A stretch of 63,939 nucleotides of DNA, counting the filler, from Choristocarpus tenellus KU-1152 (Eukaryota; Protista; Phaeophyceae), in the NCBI GenBank assembly GCA_964200185.2. It is 13 parts of 13 records of this genome, joined end to end, with 100 filler letters (N's around TTAATTAATTAA, not from the genome) between each part and the next. Parts side by side here need not be neighbours in the genome. Positions count along the whole stretch, not along the records: positions 9,692 to 13,371 come from CAXNAD020018556.1; positions 13,472 to 20,187 come from CAXNAD020007499.1; positions 20,288 to 23,344 come from CAXNAD020022623.1; positions 23,445 to 30,103 come from CAXNAD020007629.1; 9 more parts are not named here. One strand, written 5' to 3'. Position 1 is the stretch's first letter; each line of letters opens with the position of its first letter. The notes below the pieces were generated by a model that saw only the letters and a list, made by a program, of their open reading frames with translations, did not search any database and had not been told where the DNA came from. A program made the translations under genes and the position numbers. Shown piece after piece: positions 13,138 through 25,106 of this stretch.

Positions 13138-13315
13138 GGTTCGAAGTATCTGGGGAGGGGGTCGCGGCTGTCCATTTGGGGTCAATTTTTTCATGTCACG
13201 GTTTTTGGGTGATTTGGTTGCATACGTCGGATGGATAATGTAAGTGCATTTTTCCTGGTTTTGGGCCAAATGGACACCCTGGTGTAGACAGCCCCCCCCC
13301 CAGATACTTTGGGTC
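13138..13315 (+). mobile_element. MITE family A (~180 bp)
   Basis: TIR GGTTCGAAGTATCTGGGG...CCCCAGATACTTTGGGTC; 4-bp TSD ACCA/ACCA. Confidence 0.9.
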
Positions 13316-14061
13316 ACCAACTAGAGGGACACGTTCGCTCACTACTTTCTGTCAAACATTATAGGGTACATNNNNNNNNNNNNNNNNNNNNNNNNNNNNN
13401 NNNNNNNNNNNNNNNTTAATTAATTAANNNNNNNNNNNNNNNNNNNNNNNNNNNNNNNNNNNNNNNNNNNNTCTCCTCCACTATTTGACCCTTCCCCCCC
13501 CCAAGATACTTTGAGCCTTTGGTATTCCCTCTTTCCACACACAAAGTGACACAACACATCAGGAAGCACACTTTCTCGAATTGTGCAAAATGGCATATTT
13601 TTTCCTTTCTTGGGATCCTTAAATGCAACCATGCATACCTCTCAGTTGGTTTGACTCAGAGTCTTCTGAGATTGGTAGCATGGCAGCAGATGTTACAACG
13701 CGCTTGCTAGAACATGAGAATAAATGCTCGCACTATTCGATTGCAACATGTCCCCCAAGCGTGAACCATAAGAATACGTGTTTGACTCTTACCTCAGGCG
13801 ATTTTCACCAGTGACGGCAACAGATATCATCAATCACTCAGATCGCGTTGTGGCAGAGAAGAAAAAAATACGTGAATCCTACCAGGTCCAAAAACAAATA
13901 TATTTTTCTTGGAGGAAACAAATGAAAACTATAAATATGTCAGTATAAGCCCTAAACCTGCACATCTGTTGTATTCTTACAGTGTGATGGTTGAAGTTGT
14001 GGCAACCCTATAATAACGTTCAAACAAATAACAAGAAACAAATGTGAATATTTATGTATCA

Positions 14062-14770
14062 TTATGCCCTCTGACATTCTGCAGATGTGTCACGAGAAAA
14101 GTCAATTGAATATCAGAAGGACCTTGTAAAAGAAACAGTTGTTGTAATTGTGAAAGATATCTTTCCAAAATATTTTAAATATTTGACTACCAGCTATACT
14201 ACACCATTGCCCTGTTGTGCCTCCAACCTACCCGAGCCCTAGACCACAGGGTGAGGAGCTAGGTAAGCATCAGAAGAATCTGACAGGCCCCTTCTTGCCC
14301 ACATACCTGTTGTCTCCAGCTTGAAACGCATGGCTTGTCTTGATAGAACCACTTGTTTAGTGACAAGATTATGCCCTTTGACATTTTCCAGATGTGTCAG
14401 GGGAAAAACCAATGAAAAACCATGCAAATGTCAGAGCAACCCTTGAAAAAGTAACAGTTGTCGAAAATGTGAAATACATTTTTCTATAATTTATTTACTA
14501 TTTTACTACTCCCTATGCTACATCACTGCCCCCCTGTGCCTTAAACTAGCTTAGTCCTGCACCACAGAATGAGGAGCTAGTGAAGCATCCCGAGAATCTA
14601 ACAGGCCCCTCCTTGCCCATCTCCCTGGTGTCTCCAGCTTAAAAATGCACGACACGTCAAGATAGTGCTACTTGCATTGTGACAGGCATTATCTGTCGTA
14701 GACGAGATTTGACAGCCCCTTTCCTGCTGTAACCTCCTGTGCCTCTCCCCCCTACCACGTATGTAGTTAA
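14062..14770 (-). mobile_element. Two head-to-tail 5'-truncated copies of an RLE-type LINE 3' end
   Basis: Both contain the TQV.LSR..MRFKLE coding end plus the AT-rich 3' UTR ending in GGGCATAAT; similar to 16277-17110. Confidence 0.75.
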
Positions 14771-14974
14771 CTCTATATTCTATGTCTGTCCATACAGTAC
14801 GGTATTAGATTTGAAAAATGCGGTACGGGATTACGGTATTTCCGTTCAGTACGGTACGACTTTTGTTACGTTTTTTTACTATTAATATGCCCTCTCATAT
14901 TCTCCAGATGTGTTCGGGAATATTATTACAACGATTATTGCAAACTACAACAGTGGTTGTTAACATGAAGATAT

Positions 14975-15292
14975 AGTTTCTGTCACAACAGAGGTGGCCT
15001 TGTCCAGACGGGTCATGCGCTTTAAGCTGGAAACGCCGGGGAGATGGGCAAGGAAGGGCTTGTTAGATTCGTGGGATGACCCCCTAGCCCCTCACCCTGG
15101 AGTACAGGAATAATCTAGGTAAGAGGCACAGAAAGGGAACGGTGTAGCATAACTGGTAGTAGAATAGTGAATAGATAAATGTTTTTCACATTTATGACAA
15201 CTGTTACTTTTTCAGGGTTTATTCTGACATGTGAATAGTTTTCATTGATTTTCCCTGACACATCTCCAAAATTTAGAGGGCATAATAATAAA
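14975..15292 (+). mobile_element. 5'-truncated RLE-type LINE 3' end, opposite orientation
   Basis: VTTEVALSRRVMRFKLETPGRWARK then 3' UTR ending GAGGGCATAATAATAAAA. Confidence 0.75.
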
Positions 15293-15412
15293 ATTCGAAG
15301 ATGCCTATCGAAAGAATATTTACTATTTTTTTATTATGTCCACTCACATTATGTAGATGTGTTAGGGGAAATGCCAAAACCAATATCACAAGGACCCCTG
15401 TAAAGTAACAGT

Positions 15413-15597
15413 GACTCGAAGTATCTGGGGGGCGGGGGCGGCTGTCCATTTGGGGTCAATTTTTTCAATTCGCGATTTTTGGTTGATTTGGTTGCATATG
15501 TGGGATGGATAATGTAAGTGCCTTTTTCCTGGTTTTGGTCCAAATGGACACCCTGACGTAGACCCCCCCCCCCCCACACACAGAGATACTTTGGGTC
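15413..15597 (+). mobile_element. MITE family A
   Basis: GACTCGAAGTATCTGGGGG...AGATACTTTGGGTC; flanked by AGT/AGT. Confidence 0.88.
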
Positions 15598-15695
15598 AGT
15601 TACCATCAATGTGAATGATATCTCTTTGAAATCTATTTACTATATGAATACCAGCTTATACTACAACACTCCCTCAAAGGTTGGTCATTACAATG

Positions 15696-15950
15696 TTACG
15701 TGTACATTGCTGCTATGCTTCCAACCTGCCATAGCCCTATACGAGTGAGCAAGGAGCTAGGGAGCTGACCCAGCGTATCATTCACAAAAGTAACATCCAG
15801 GAGGTCTTTGTTCTGGTAGGGAGCTGACCCAGCGTCCACAAGTGTCCTAGTGTGGAAGACCAGATCCATGCGGAAATCCCAGTCCACTGCTGTGAATGGG
15901 CTACCGTCCTCTCTGTAGTGCAAGAGATGCCCATTCCCTTGCAAATTCGA
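15696..15950 (-). mobile_element. RLE-type LINE endonuclease fragment
   Basis: EDGSPFTAVDWDFRMDLVFHTRTLVDAGSAPYQNKDLLDVTF, paralogous to 16763-17038. Confidence 0.75.
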
Positions 15951-16276
15951 CCTAGACTGTAAGAATTGTTATTGTCAAAATCTTGCGGTACAGCGGATTA
16001 CTGTCCAAATGCCGTACTGATCAAGGAGATAGTGATCAACATGGTGGGAATTCTTCGTACTTGGTACCCTGTCCCTAACTCTCAGTTCAACAAGTAGCCA
16101 CTCATAATGGCGGAAGATTTGCCACACCACTTTCTCCAGTTGGTGATTGGGCAGAGGATTTTATTCTCCACAATATTTGGGTCTCAGTTTCAACAATTTT
16201 TGTAGTTTGTGTAAGAATAAATATATTATTATACGCTCTAAATATATATACTTCAATTATAATATTATATATTTAC

Positions 16277-17110
16277 TACACCCTTTGATATTTTGGAGAT
16301 GTGCCAAAGAAAAAACTAATGAAAACTATTCACAAGTCAGAAAAAAAAACAGTTGTCACAAAAGTGAAAACATTGATATATTTCCTATTTTACTACTACA
16401 TATCTATGTTGTACTACTGCCTTCATGTGTCCCCAACCTATTCCTGCACCCCCAGGGTGAGGAGCTAGGGAAGCATGTAACAAATCCCTCCTTGCCCATC
16501 TCCCTAGTGACTCCAACTTAAAACGCATAAGCCGTCTAGATAGAGCTACTTGCGTTGTGACTGAGACTATCTGGCATAGTAGGCGAGATTTGACGGCACC
16601 TTTTCTGCTTTAGCCTCCCATTCCTCTCCCCCCTACCGTGTGTGTAGCTAGCTCATCCAGGAAACGTTCCGCTTGCTTGCCGAGGCGTCCAAAAATTTCC
16701 ACCGCGAAGGTGTTCAGGTTATAACTACGAGGGTCAAAAGACTCCTCGTAGTGGGTGCGCTTTCATGGCTCAGCTGTAGTAGCAGCTACATCATTGGTGG
16801 TGGGTGAGTGTGGGAGGTGGGAAGTTGTCCGTGCTTCCATGAACGTAATATTGAGGAGAAGGCCCTTGTCCCGGTAGGAAGTTGATCCTGCGTCTGCGAA
16901 GGTCCCTGCATAGAAGACTAGATCCGTGCGGAAATTCCTGTCCACTGTGAAGGGGCTACCATCCTCCGTAGTGCAAGGGATGCCCATCCCCTTGCATAGT
17001 TGACTGAGGCGTTTCACCATAGGGGTGTATTGTCGCACCTGGCCTCCGGCCCTGGGGCAGGTACGGGCATGGCTGATGTCGACGTTTTGCCTCGGCTGTT
17101 TCCACCTGTT
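16277..17110 (-). mobile_element. Non-LTR retrotransposon (CRE/R2-like, C-terminal restriction-like endonuclease) 3' fragment
   Basis: HARTCPRAGGQ (zinc knuckle part), RTDLVF...LLLNITF, KRTHYEESFDPRSYNLNTFAVEIFGRLGKQAERFLDELA, then 3' UTR. Confidence 0.8.
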
Positions 17111-17282
17111 TCACAGATATATCTTTCACATTTACCACCATTATTACTTTTAGAGGAGTTCGTATGATATTCGACTTGGCGTTTCCCCTGACAAAATGTT
17201 AGAAGGAATAATAATATAATACTGATTGTTATCCTATCTTGTAGTTGTAGTTCACAAGTGACGACAGGTAAGGATGCATCTC

Positions 17283-19657
17283 ATGAACAGCAGGCTGGTA
17301 GCCTTGGTCAGAAGAGTGCCCAAGACATTTACTGATGTGAGCAGGCGATCCTGCCCGTATTTTTCCTGGATAGTCGACTACCTCTTAGGAACCTTGGGGT
17401 TCTTGTATATCTTGAGATCAATGTCAGACTCCAGTACAAGAGTGCCTATGTGTTACAAGGAACGAGTGGTTTTTGCGTTAAACTATCAACTACAAGAGTA
17501 GAGGGCTTAATTTTTGAATGAACTTGTACACCCTCTTTCTCGATGGGGGCAGGGAATCATTCTGTTGCTAGATACCCTTCTTATTCTGTCCACTGATGCT
17601 GTAATCTCAACTCTCGAAGGCGATCAAGACAAATGAATGTGCCATCGATCATGCCATTGCTTCGGCACAGTCCGGAGGTTATGTGAAGGCGCTCTCAGCA
17701 CTTGTGGACTCCGTCGAGGTACAATGGTGACAGTCACCCTTGAACAAAACTAGGATACCCGGCTTTGAAGTATACAGTGAACATTAAATTGCTTGCCTTT
17801 GGATTATCTCTGGAACTGGTTTGAGCGGGCATCCTACTCCACAGGGCACATGGACAATGCTTGTAGAAGTGCAAGAGTGGTAAAATCTTGACAAACCCAT
17901 TCGTAGAATGGCTTGGATGTGGCAAAAAACTTGGGGAAACAATAACGTCGACCTCTTTGTCAAGGTCTGAGGCATGATCGACTACCTGTGCTTCTGGGTT
18001 GCGAACCCATACCTGTAGAGTAGGTTCCCAACAAGACAGACTGACTGCTGTAGGCTCTTATGTCTGTGACTGATTCCAAAGAGTGCCTATTTGTACAATA
18101 GAGAGCTACGAGGTAGTAGGACAGCTGACCACTGACGCAGAGCATGATATGGTTGTCTTCTAACGCTTATTTAGGTAACGATTTGACTGCTATTGAGAGT
18201 GGACTCTACTTGCACAGTCATTGGTGAAGAAATGAGCGCCGACCGGTTGTGGTTGCTTATTCAAATGGACCAAGGTCATACCATTAACAACAAGCATCAC
18301 GAACACGGTGAAATTACCTTCCAAAACCAGACGATGCAGTTCTGAACAGTCCCCATTTTTGTCCTTTGACTCTTTGGGCACCACTTCAATGCTCTGTGCG
18401 ATCCAATCACCCTTCAAAATTTTGTTGCTAACTCAGGGGCTGTGCTGTATATCCATGTACTTTGATTTTTGACTTTGGTTCTGGAACCTTTTGGCATACT
18501 GCAGTAGTCTCAGAATATTCTGTTTGCACTGACTGCGCTCTGGAGTCAGGTGATTCCAGCAGATGACCGTTACCCTGACTGCCCCTTTGTGGAGGACACC
18601 ATGGTCTATGCCAGGGGAACGGCAATTTTTCTTCAGATGGGCCACCCGAGCAGGAGGGGAGAGGTTCAAGCTGTAAGGCAAGTTGGTAGGCTTATCTTCA
18701 CTGCAGCATGTTTGGTGCAGGTCTTGTCTGTCTTAGAGCTCAGTTGAGCTGCTCACAGCAGGAAATAGCAGATTTTTTCACTTAGAATCTTGAGTGACAA
18801 AGTTGTTTAGATTTTTTCAACTTTTTTTTTGGCGGATTTGGTCAAGCTCCAATGACACCAAGCCCTGCGTTTCGTACAGGGGCTTGAGATGACACACACA
18901 CACACACAGTTTTTGATGCCCAGCTTGGATTACTAAGAGCATGTTTAGCTTTAGCTCCGCAAACATTTGGTTAGGGTCAGGGTGAACATTGAACTGTATC
19001 ACCTTCGTGTTGGCACATCAACCAATCAAGATCATTGCCACAACTTCCTGACGACATTTTCCAAAAAATCTGTCTGACCTCTGGTTACTCGTGTACAAAA
19101 GGGCACAATGGAAAGGGACATTGGGAGGGGGCAGTTGGGTTGGGCTTAGGGATGTTTTTTTTTGTTCAGAGTCTCTTTAACCTACTTTGTTCTTCCTCGT
19201 GTCTATTCTGATGTGCACCATGTACAAAGATTACAGATGAGTTCAACCTGAAATAGTCAAGCTCTGTTTTTGACTTCGGCGTCAGACAAACGCATGGGTT
19301 CTTCCTCTCCAAACCATTGTGTCTGCTTTGTTGCAACCTCGCTGTCCTACTTCATGTTTAGGGTTTGTTACCTCCACCACTGTCAGATGAGAAAACACTT
19401 TTCTATACCATGGAAGAGTCAAACTAGTATATTAGCCAACCGCGTTACGAGATGTCAAGACTTCCATGCAATATTCGTAACGATAAGCTTTCAAGGCGCA
19501 ATGCGTGTTTTGACTCCTCTCACCCTGTGCCCCTTGACCCTTTGTCTCTGTATTCACAGGGAGGCTTTCCAGAGTTCCCCGAGTCTCAAGTGTATCCGAA
19601 CTGTGGAATTTGAGGACCCGGAGGCGTTCTGTGACGGGGGAGATGTACTCTTCACAG
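17283..19657 (+). CDS. DDAH: Dimethylarginine dimethylaminohydrolase (amidinotransferase family), 5' part; exons 17283-17336, 17620-17718, 18550-18677, 19560-19657
   Basis: MNSRLVALVRRVPKTFTD|AIKTNECAIDHAIASAQSGGYVKALSALVDSVE|VIPADDRYPDCPFVEDTMV...GHPSRRGEVQAVR|EAFQ...EDPEAFCDGGDVLFTG; PD..FVED, PSRRGE and DGGDVL motifs. Confidence 0.88.
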
Positions 19658-22600
19658 GTGTGCAAGGAATACATAGTGGATGCACAGGATTGAAGCAAAG
19701 AGAAGTATGAATAGGAGTATGTTTCTCCATTGGAACAGAGCTATCGTACACGCTTGGCAAGGCTAGGATGATGTAATGCTTGAAGCGCAATGTAGAATTT
19801 TAAGGACCTTGGATGTAGGCATATGCTCTTTCTTCCTTGTTTGAGGAGGGTTGATCTGGTGCGCAGGAGCATTCTATTTTTTGACCTGCCTGCTGGAAAC
19901 CTGTCGGCAGCTTATGTGACATTCTGATGTCTTGAAAAATCGAAAACAGCAGCCGCAAGCGAGTTATGGAACATTTCAGGATTGTTCTTCTGGCTTCTGC
20001 TTTGGAAACCAGAAATTGTGATGCCGTTTTGTGAGGTTTGTTTATGCTTGTGCTCTCCGCTTGCCTCCCCGTTGTGCTATTAGCGAGGCATGATGCCCTT
20101 AGGGATGATTTGTTGCACGGGAAAGTCACTGAAAATGGGATAAATTTACCGCCCTGCGGGAAGATGTCTAGAGATGATGATGGGGGGNNNNNNNNNNNNN
20201 NNNNNNNNNNNNNNNNNNNNNNNNNNNNNNNTTAATTAATTAANNNNNNNNNNNNNNNNNNNNNNNNNNNNNNNNNNNNNNNNNNNNATGTGGGGGGGTC
20301 AACGGGGGGGTTGCCATGCTGACGTTCTGACCCTCGACATACCCAGTTCTGACCTCAAAATCGCCCCAAAAGACCCCTGCTTTGACGGATGGAAGCACCT
20401 CGAGTTTGTGCCTGATGATCCTCGACCCCCCTTTTCTGAAAGCTGAGATTGTCAACCCGATTTAATTTTGTGGGGCTATCGTCCTATTCGGCGCCGTTCT
20501 CGCTTGGCAAGCCCAGATGTTTCGTGGCACAAACTTATGGTACAGAGGTAATATATTATTAGTAATAATACGTAGACAGATTGTGTCACTAAATGCTCGA
20601 GTCAAATAGTAATCACCAAGAGTGTTACAGGTAAGGGTATTAAACAGGAGACACTGGGTTGGTAGAGTAGGAAGGGGCTTGACTGACTTGTGGGGTTCTT
20701 CTCTTCCTTCTCGATCCCCTTAGTAGTGTTAGTCTACGCACAGTATCAATTATGCCATAACTGTTTGAGTGGCTTCTATTTTTTTCCTGTTTTCAAATGC
20801 ATTATTATGAGTATAACTCTTCTTTGTGTATCTGATTGACCTCTATTGTTGCTTAGTTTAAGAGAAAACTGGAAATGGTTGACCCACATTCCACATGGAA
20901 TTGGGCACATCATCTCTGAAGGGGTCACAAAATCAGACACCAGCACAAAACCATTCAAGAGAGTAACGTGGAGGAGTTGAAGGTTGAAGTTGAGAGTTCA
21001 GTGTTTTGGTTTGAAGTCAGAGAGCCAAAGCAATAGATAGGTTGGCAGTTTTGGACCCTTTTGCATTGTAGACCATCTTTGTTACCCTGTGCAATACATC
21101 CTACCTATTCATTGCTTAATGTGTACAATGGGGTAAACAAAATCGACATTCCCCCTTTCCACATACAAAACGACACCACAAATTCAGCAAAGACAAAAGC
21201 AAAGACAAAAGACTACATCTCCAATTGTACAAAAATTACGTCTTTTGGAAAATGTCAGAATCCTTAAAATGCAACCTTGTCAACCTTTCAATTACTCTGG
21301 CTCAGGGAAGCATGTCAAGTTCTATATAGATTTGAAGGAAAGTACCTCCACATAGTACCTCTATGTTAAATATTTGATCATGTTCATGCGGTTGGATGAT
21401 GTGTTTACTAATATATTTTCTTACATTTTGTATTCTTTACCTGGTGTTTCTTCTTAACGTACTATACTACTCTATTGCTGATGTGTTTGTTGTTTCCTTT
21501 ACTTTATGTTTCTTCTTTTTCTTACATCACAACCTCTCCAAAGCTGCACGATGTCAGTGGGCATAATATTATACTTTGGAGTATGTATTCTAAATCCTGG
21601 TATATTTTGCTACTATGCCCTCTGACATTTTAGCAGATAGGTGGGTGTTGACATGTACTGTAGCGAATAAGAAGCTTAAAGTAAAGAATACAATTAACAC
21701 AACAACAGATTCTGTATATTTCTTAGAGACAAATACTTGAGTGCTCTGGAATATATCGTACTTCAAGTATTTGTATACTTTGAGAAGTAACATGTGTATT
21801 ATGATAACTTAATTAAGCAGCTTGTGCTTCGAAGTATTCAACTAACTGAATGTGAGTGGATGTATATGACATACGTGCTTCCTTGGACTACTTGTGGTTG
21901 ATGATGGAACTGATACCAATTTTTTTGTTGTTGCTTGACCTCTCTTCGTGCCATTTGAGTATATTTGATTTGCATGTTTCCTTGGTTATGCCTTTATGCA
22001 TCTATAGTGTTACTTCTCTTTCCTTCTGCATTATCAATTGTTGCTATATTTTTCCATCTCTTATCTCTGCTTCTTTTTTTTTTTGTCAAATATGAGTATA
22101 TTTGTCTGGTGTCTTTGTGCATTGCAATTCTGACCACAGATTATGTCATTTTTTTATGTTGTTTTTCTCCATGACAATTCTAGTAAATGATTGCATCGGA
22201 CATTAACATTTTTTATATTATCATGGTACTACGTATTATATGCTATGTATTAGCTGTTCTATTCATAGTGTCATTGAAGTTAGTAGTGCCTATCCTTCCG
22301 AGCAGATTCCAAACCACCTGACCTCCAGTAATACCCCACGCCTGTGGTGCGTCAGGAACAAGTGCGCAGGGGGAGGGTACATGCACAAGAACCAGTTTAG
22401 ACACTAGAAAATGCTTTTCTTTACAATAAAAACTTTTTGGGTGCTATTTGGGATGTCGTGAAGAATAAGAAAAAAACTACTGCAAACTGGGCTGGTGGTG
22501 TGGTGTTGCGCCTGTGTGCAAATGTGTACAAGAAGAATAAATGCGCAAAAATAGCAACAATATACCTTTTTGTCTTACCATGTTCTTCTCATGGTGCATG

Positions 22601-23613
22601 CTTTGAAGGGGGTTGTCTGACAACAGAGCGTACAATAGTAGATGTTAACAATTTCTCTCCACCCACACAGACAGATTCGTGTTTGGTGACATCTAAATAA
22701 CAAACACAGTCACTAAAATATTCAAGTCCCCAATCATTTATTACTAATAATGCTGCTATACTACTATGACAACATAGAAAATGGTGGTACAAGTAATGAC
22801 TTCCTGCTGCGGAACTACTGTTGTACGATGATGGAATCAACTTTGATGCAAATCTTTTTTTGCTACTCCAGAGTATACTCCTAGAGTCCTGGCAGATGGT
22901 AATGTCCACTGTGTACAATATCCTTGATGTAGTAAAGAATGAAATCACTTCATTATCATTGCTGCATATTTACTCAGTTTTATGGTTCACCACTAGTGGG
23001 AGAGATCTTTCCACATGTTAGTTATTGGATTGCCATCCTCTCTTTCATGACTACATGTAGCACTGCATGTTCTGTCATGATGTGTGCACAAGAAACTCCT
23101 CATGCTATTTATTCCCTACAGATCGGTGATTTTTTTCGATGGTCTAGAATAATCATTGTCGTGAATCACCCTCGATGTCTCTATACAAACCATGATAGGC
23201 AATAACTATATCCTCATGACTCGCCCCCCTGCTCTTCTGCCAATATAAGAGCCCAGACCACGGCCTGAGGTCTTTAAAGGCATTGCCCTTATCGGGAAAA
23301 ATCAAAGTATCTGGGTGGGGGGGGTGTCGGCGTCCGTTTTTCACNNNNNNNNNNNNNNNNNNNNNNNNNNNNNNNNNNNNNNNNNNNNTTAATTAATTAA
23401 NNNNNNNNNNNNNNNNNNNNNNNNNNNNNNNNNNNNNNNNNNNNGCTGAAGTGTCATTAGTTGAAAGCTCCAGCGTATCATTGTTGGCGGGCTGGTGAGG
23501 GGGCAACACAGGGGGAGACACAGACGATAAAAGCCACCCCCTTGCTGTGGAAGAAACTGTCATGGTATTGTCGGGCAATAGGCGGTCTTGGGCAGTGAGA
23601 AGGTCTAGGAGTG

Positions 23614-23792
23614 GACCCAGAGTATCTTGGAGGGGGAGGAGGTCTACACCAGGGCGTCCATTTGGCCCAAAATCGGGAAAAGTGGATTTGCATTATCCAT
23701 CCGACATATGCAACCAAGTCACCCAAAAATGGCGGCATGAAAAATTTGATCTCAAATGGACAGCCGGCACCCCCCCTCAGATACTTTGAGTC
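23614..23792 (-). mobile_element. MITE family A
   Basis: GACCCAGAGTATCT...AGATACTTTGAGTC; 4-bp TSD AGTG/AGTG. Confidence 0.9.
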
Positions 23793-23820
23793 AGTGATTA
23801 GATTCGAAGACGTGCGTACG

Positions 23821-24870
23821 AACTTTGTTTGAGCCCCGGGCGGTCGGTGGGGCCACCCTCAGATCCACGATCCTGAAAATCCGTGCATTACGCATTTTGG
23901 AAGCTGTAAATCTGAATATAGTATGTGATTTGTATCTTTTAAAATACAAATAACATACTTCATTGATATTGTACATTTCCAATGTTCCGAAACCAACTTT
24001 GTTGGAGCCTCGGGCTATCGGTGGGACCACCCTGAGATCGATGATCCTGAAAATCCTTGCATTACTATTTTTCGGAAGTTGTAGATCCGATTATATCCGT
24101 GATTTCTATCTTATTAAATACAAATCACATACTTAATGTTCAGAAACCAACTTTTTTTGTGCTCCGGGAGATCCATTGGACCCGTCGTGAGATCCATGAT
24201 CCTCAAAATCTTACAATTTTTTTTACGGAAGTTGTAATAACGATTATACCCGTACTTACAATTTTTTGAAATACAAAGCACATACTTCATTGATCTCGTA
24301 CGTTTCCAATATTCAGAAACCAAAAGGTAAAAAAAAAAGTGCCCCCCTCTAACCTTTTGAAATACAAAATATTAAATTGTTGGACATATGCATTCTTAAA
24401 AACTCTACAGACGACAAAAAGGGGTTAATTGAGTATTGAAGGGCCATTTGGTTCTTCGAAACTCAAGGACACCCAAAACACGCGCATGAGGATTATTAGA
24501 AATAGTAAATCTAGTAATAACCGTTCTTACCATTTTTGAATATACCAAGCACCCACTTTATGGGTCTCAAACGTTTCCATTTTCCATAAACAAAAAGGTC
24601 ACTTCCAACTGGTACCCACAATTTATTTAAAAACTAAAACCGCTTATTGGCGACCTTAGGATTTTTGAAAATACAAGAGACGACAAAAAGCGGATCTATA
24701 GTTTTCAAGATCCATTTGAATGTTCTAAACCCAACAACAGCCAAAACACGTGCATTAGGGTTTTTACGAAATAATAATGGTATTGTAATAATTACATCGA
24801 CAAATACAATTACAAACCACATCCTTCATTGATCCAATACGTTTCAAACGTACGAAACGAAAAGGTCACA
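23821..24870 (+). repeat. Degenerate tandem array: three ~155-175 bp units then two ~270 bp related units
   Basis: Recurring AACTTTGTT..GAGCC, GATCC..GATCCTGAAAATCC, AAATACAAA..ACATACTTCATTGAT and GAAACCAA motifs at ~23821, 23995 and 24149; ACGACAAAAA...AAAAGGTCAC at ~24412 and ~24680. Confidence 0.85.
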
Positions 24871-25106
24871 AAAAAACAGTTACTCTCTGTCTCTTTTCAG
24901 TATGAAATCGTATGCTGTTCGATATTCGTATTTATTATAACACAATTCTCAAGGGAAAGACAAATCTGAGTTTTGAAGACAGACCAACCGGATGAAATGA
25001 AGCAGCACCTCCCATCCCTCAGTCCTCATTTCAATTCATTCCCTTCCATACATACCACACGGACCTGTTATTTATCGATCCCTGTCACATCCTCTCAATC
25101 TTCGCC

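Noticed and set aside
23821-24870. CRISPR-like array
   Set aside because: Units are long and degenerate throughout, with no constant repeat plus unique spacer and no cas genes
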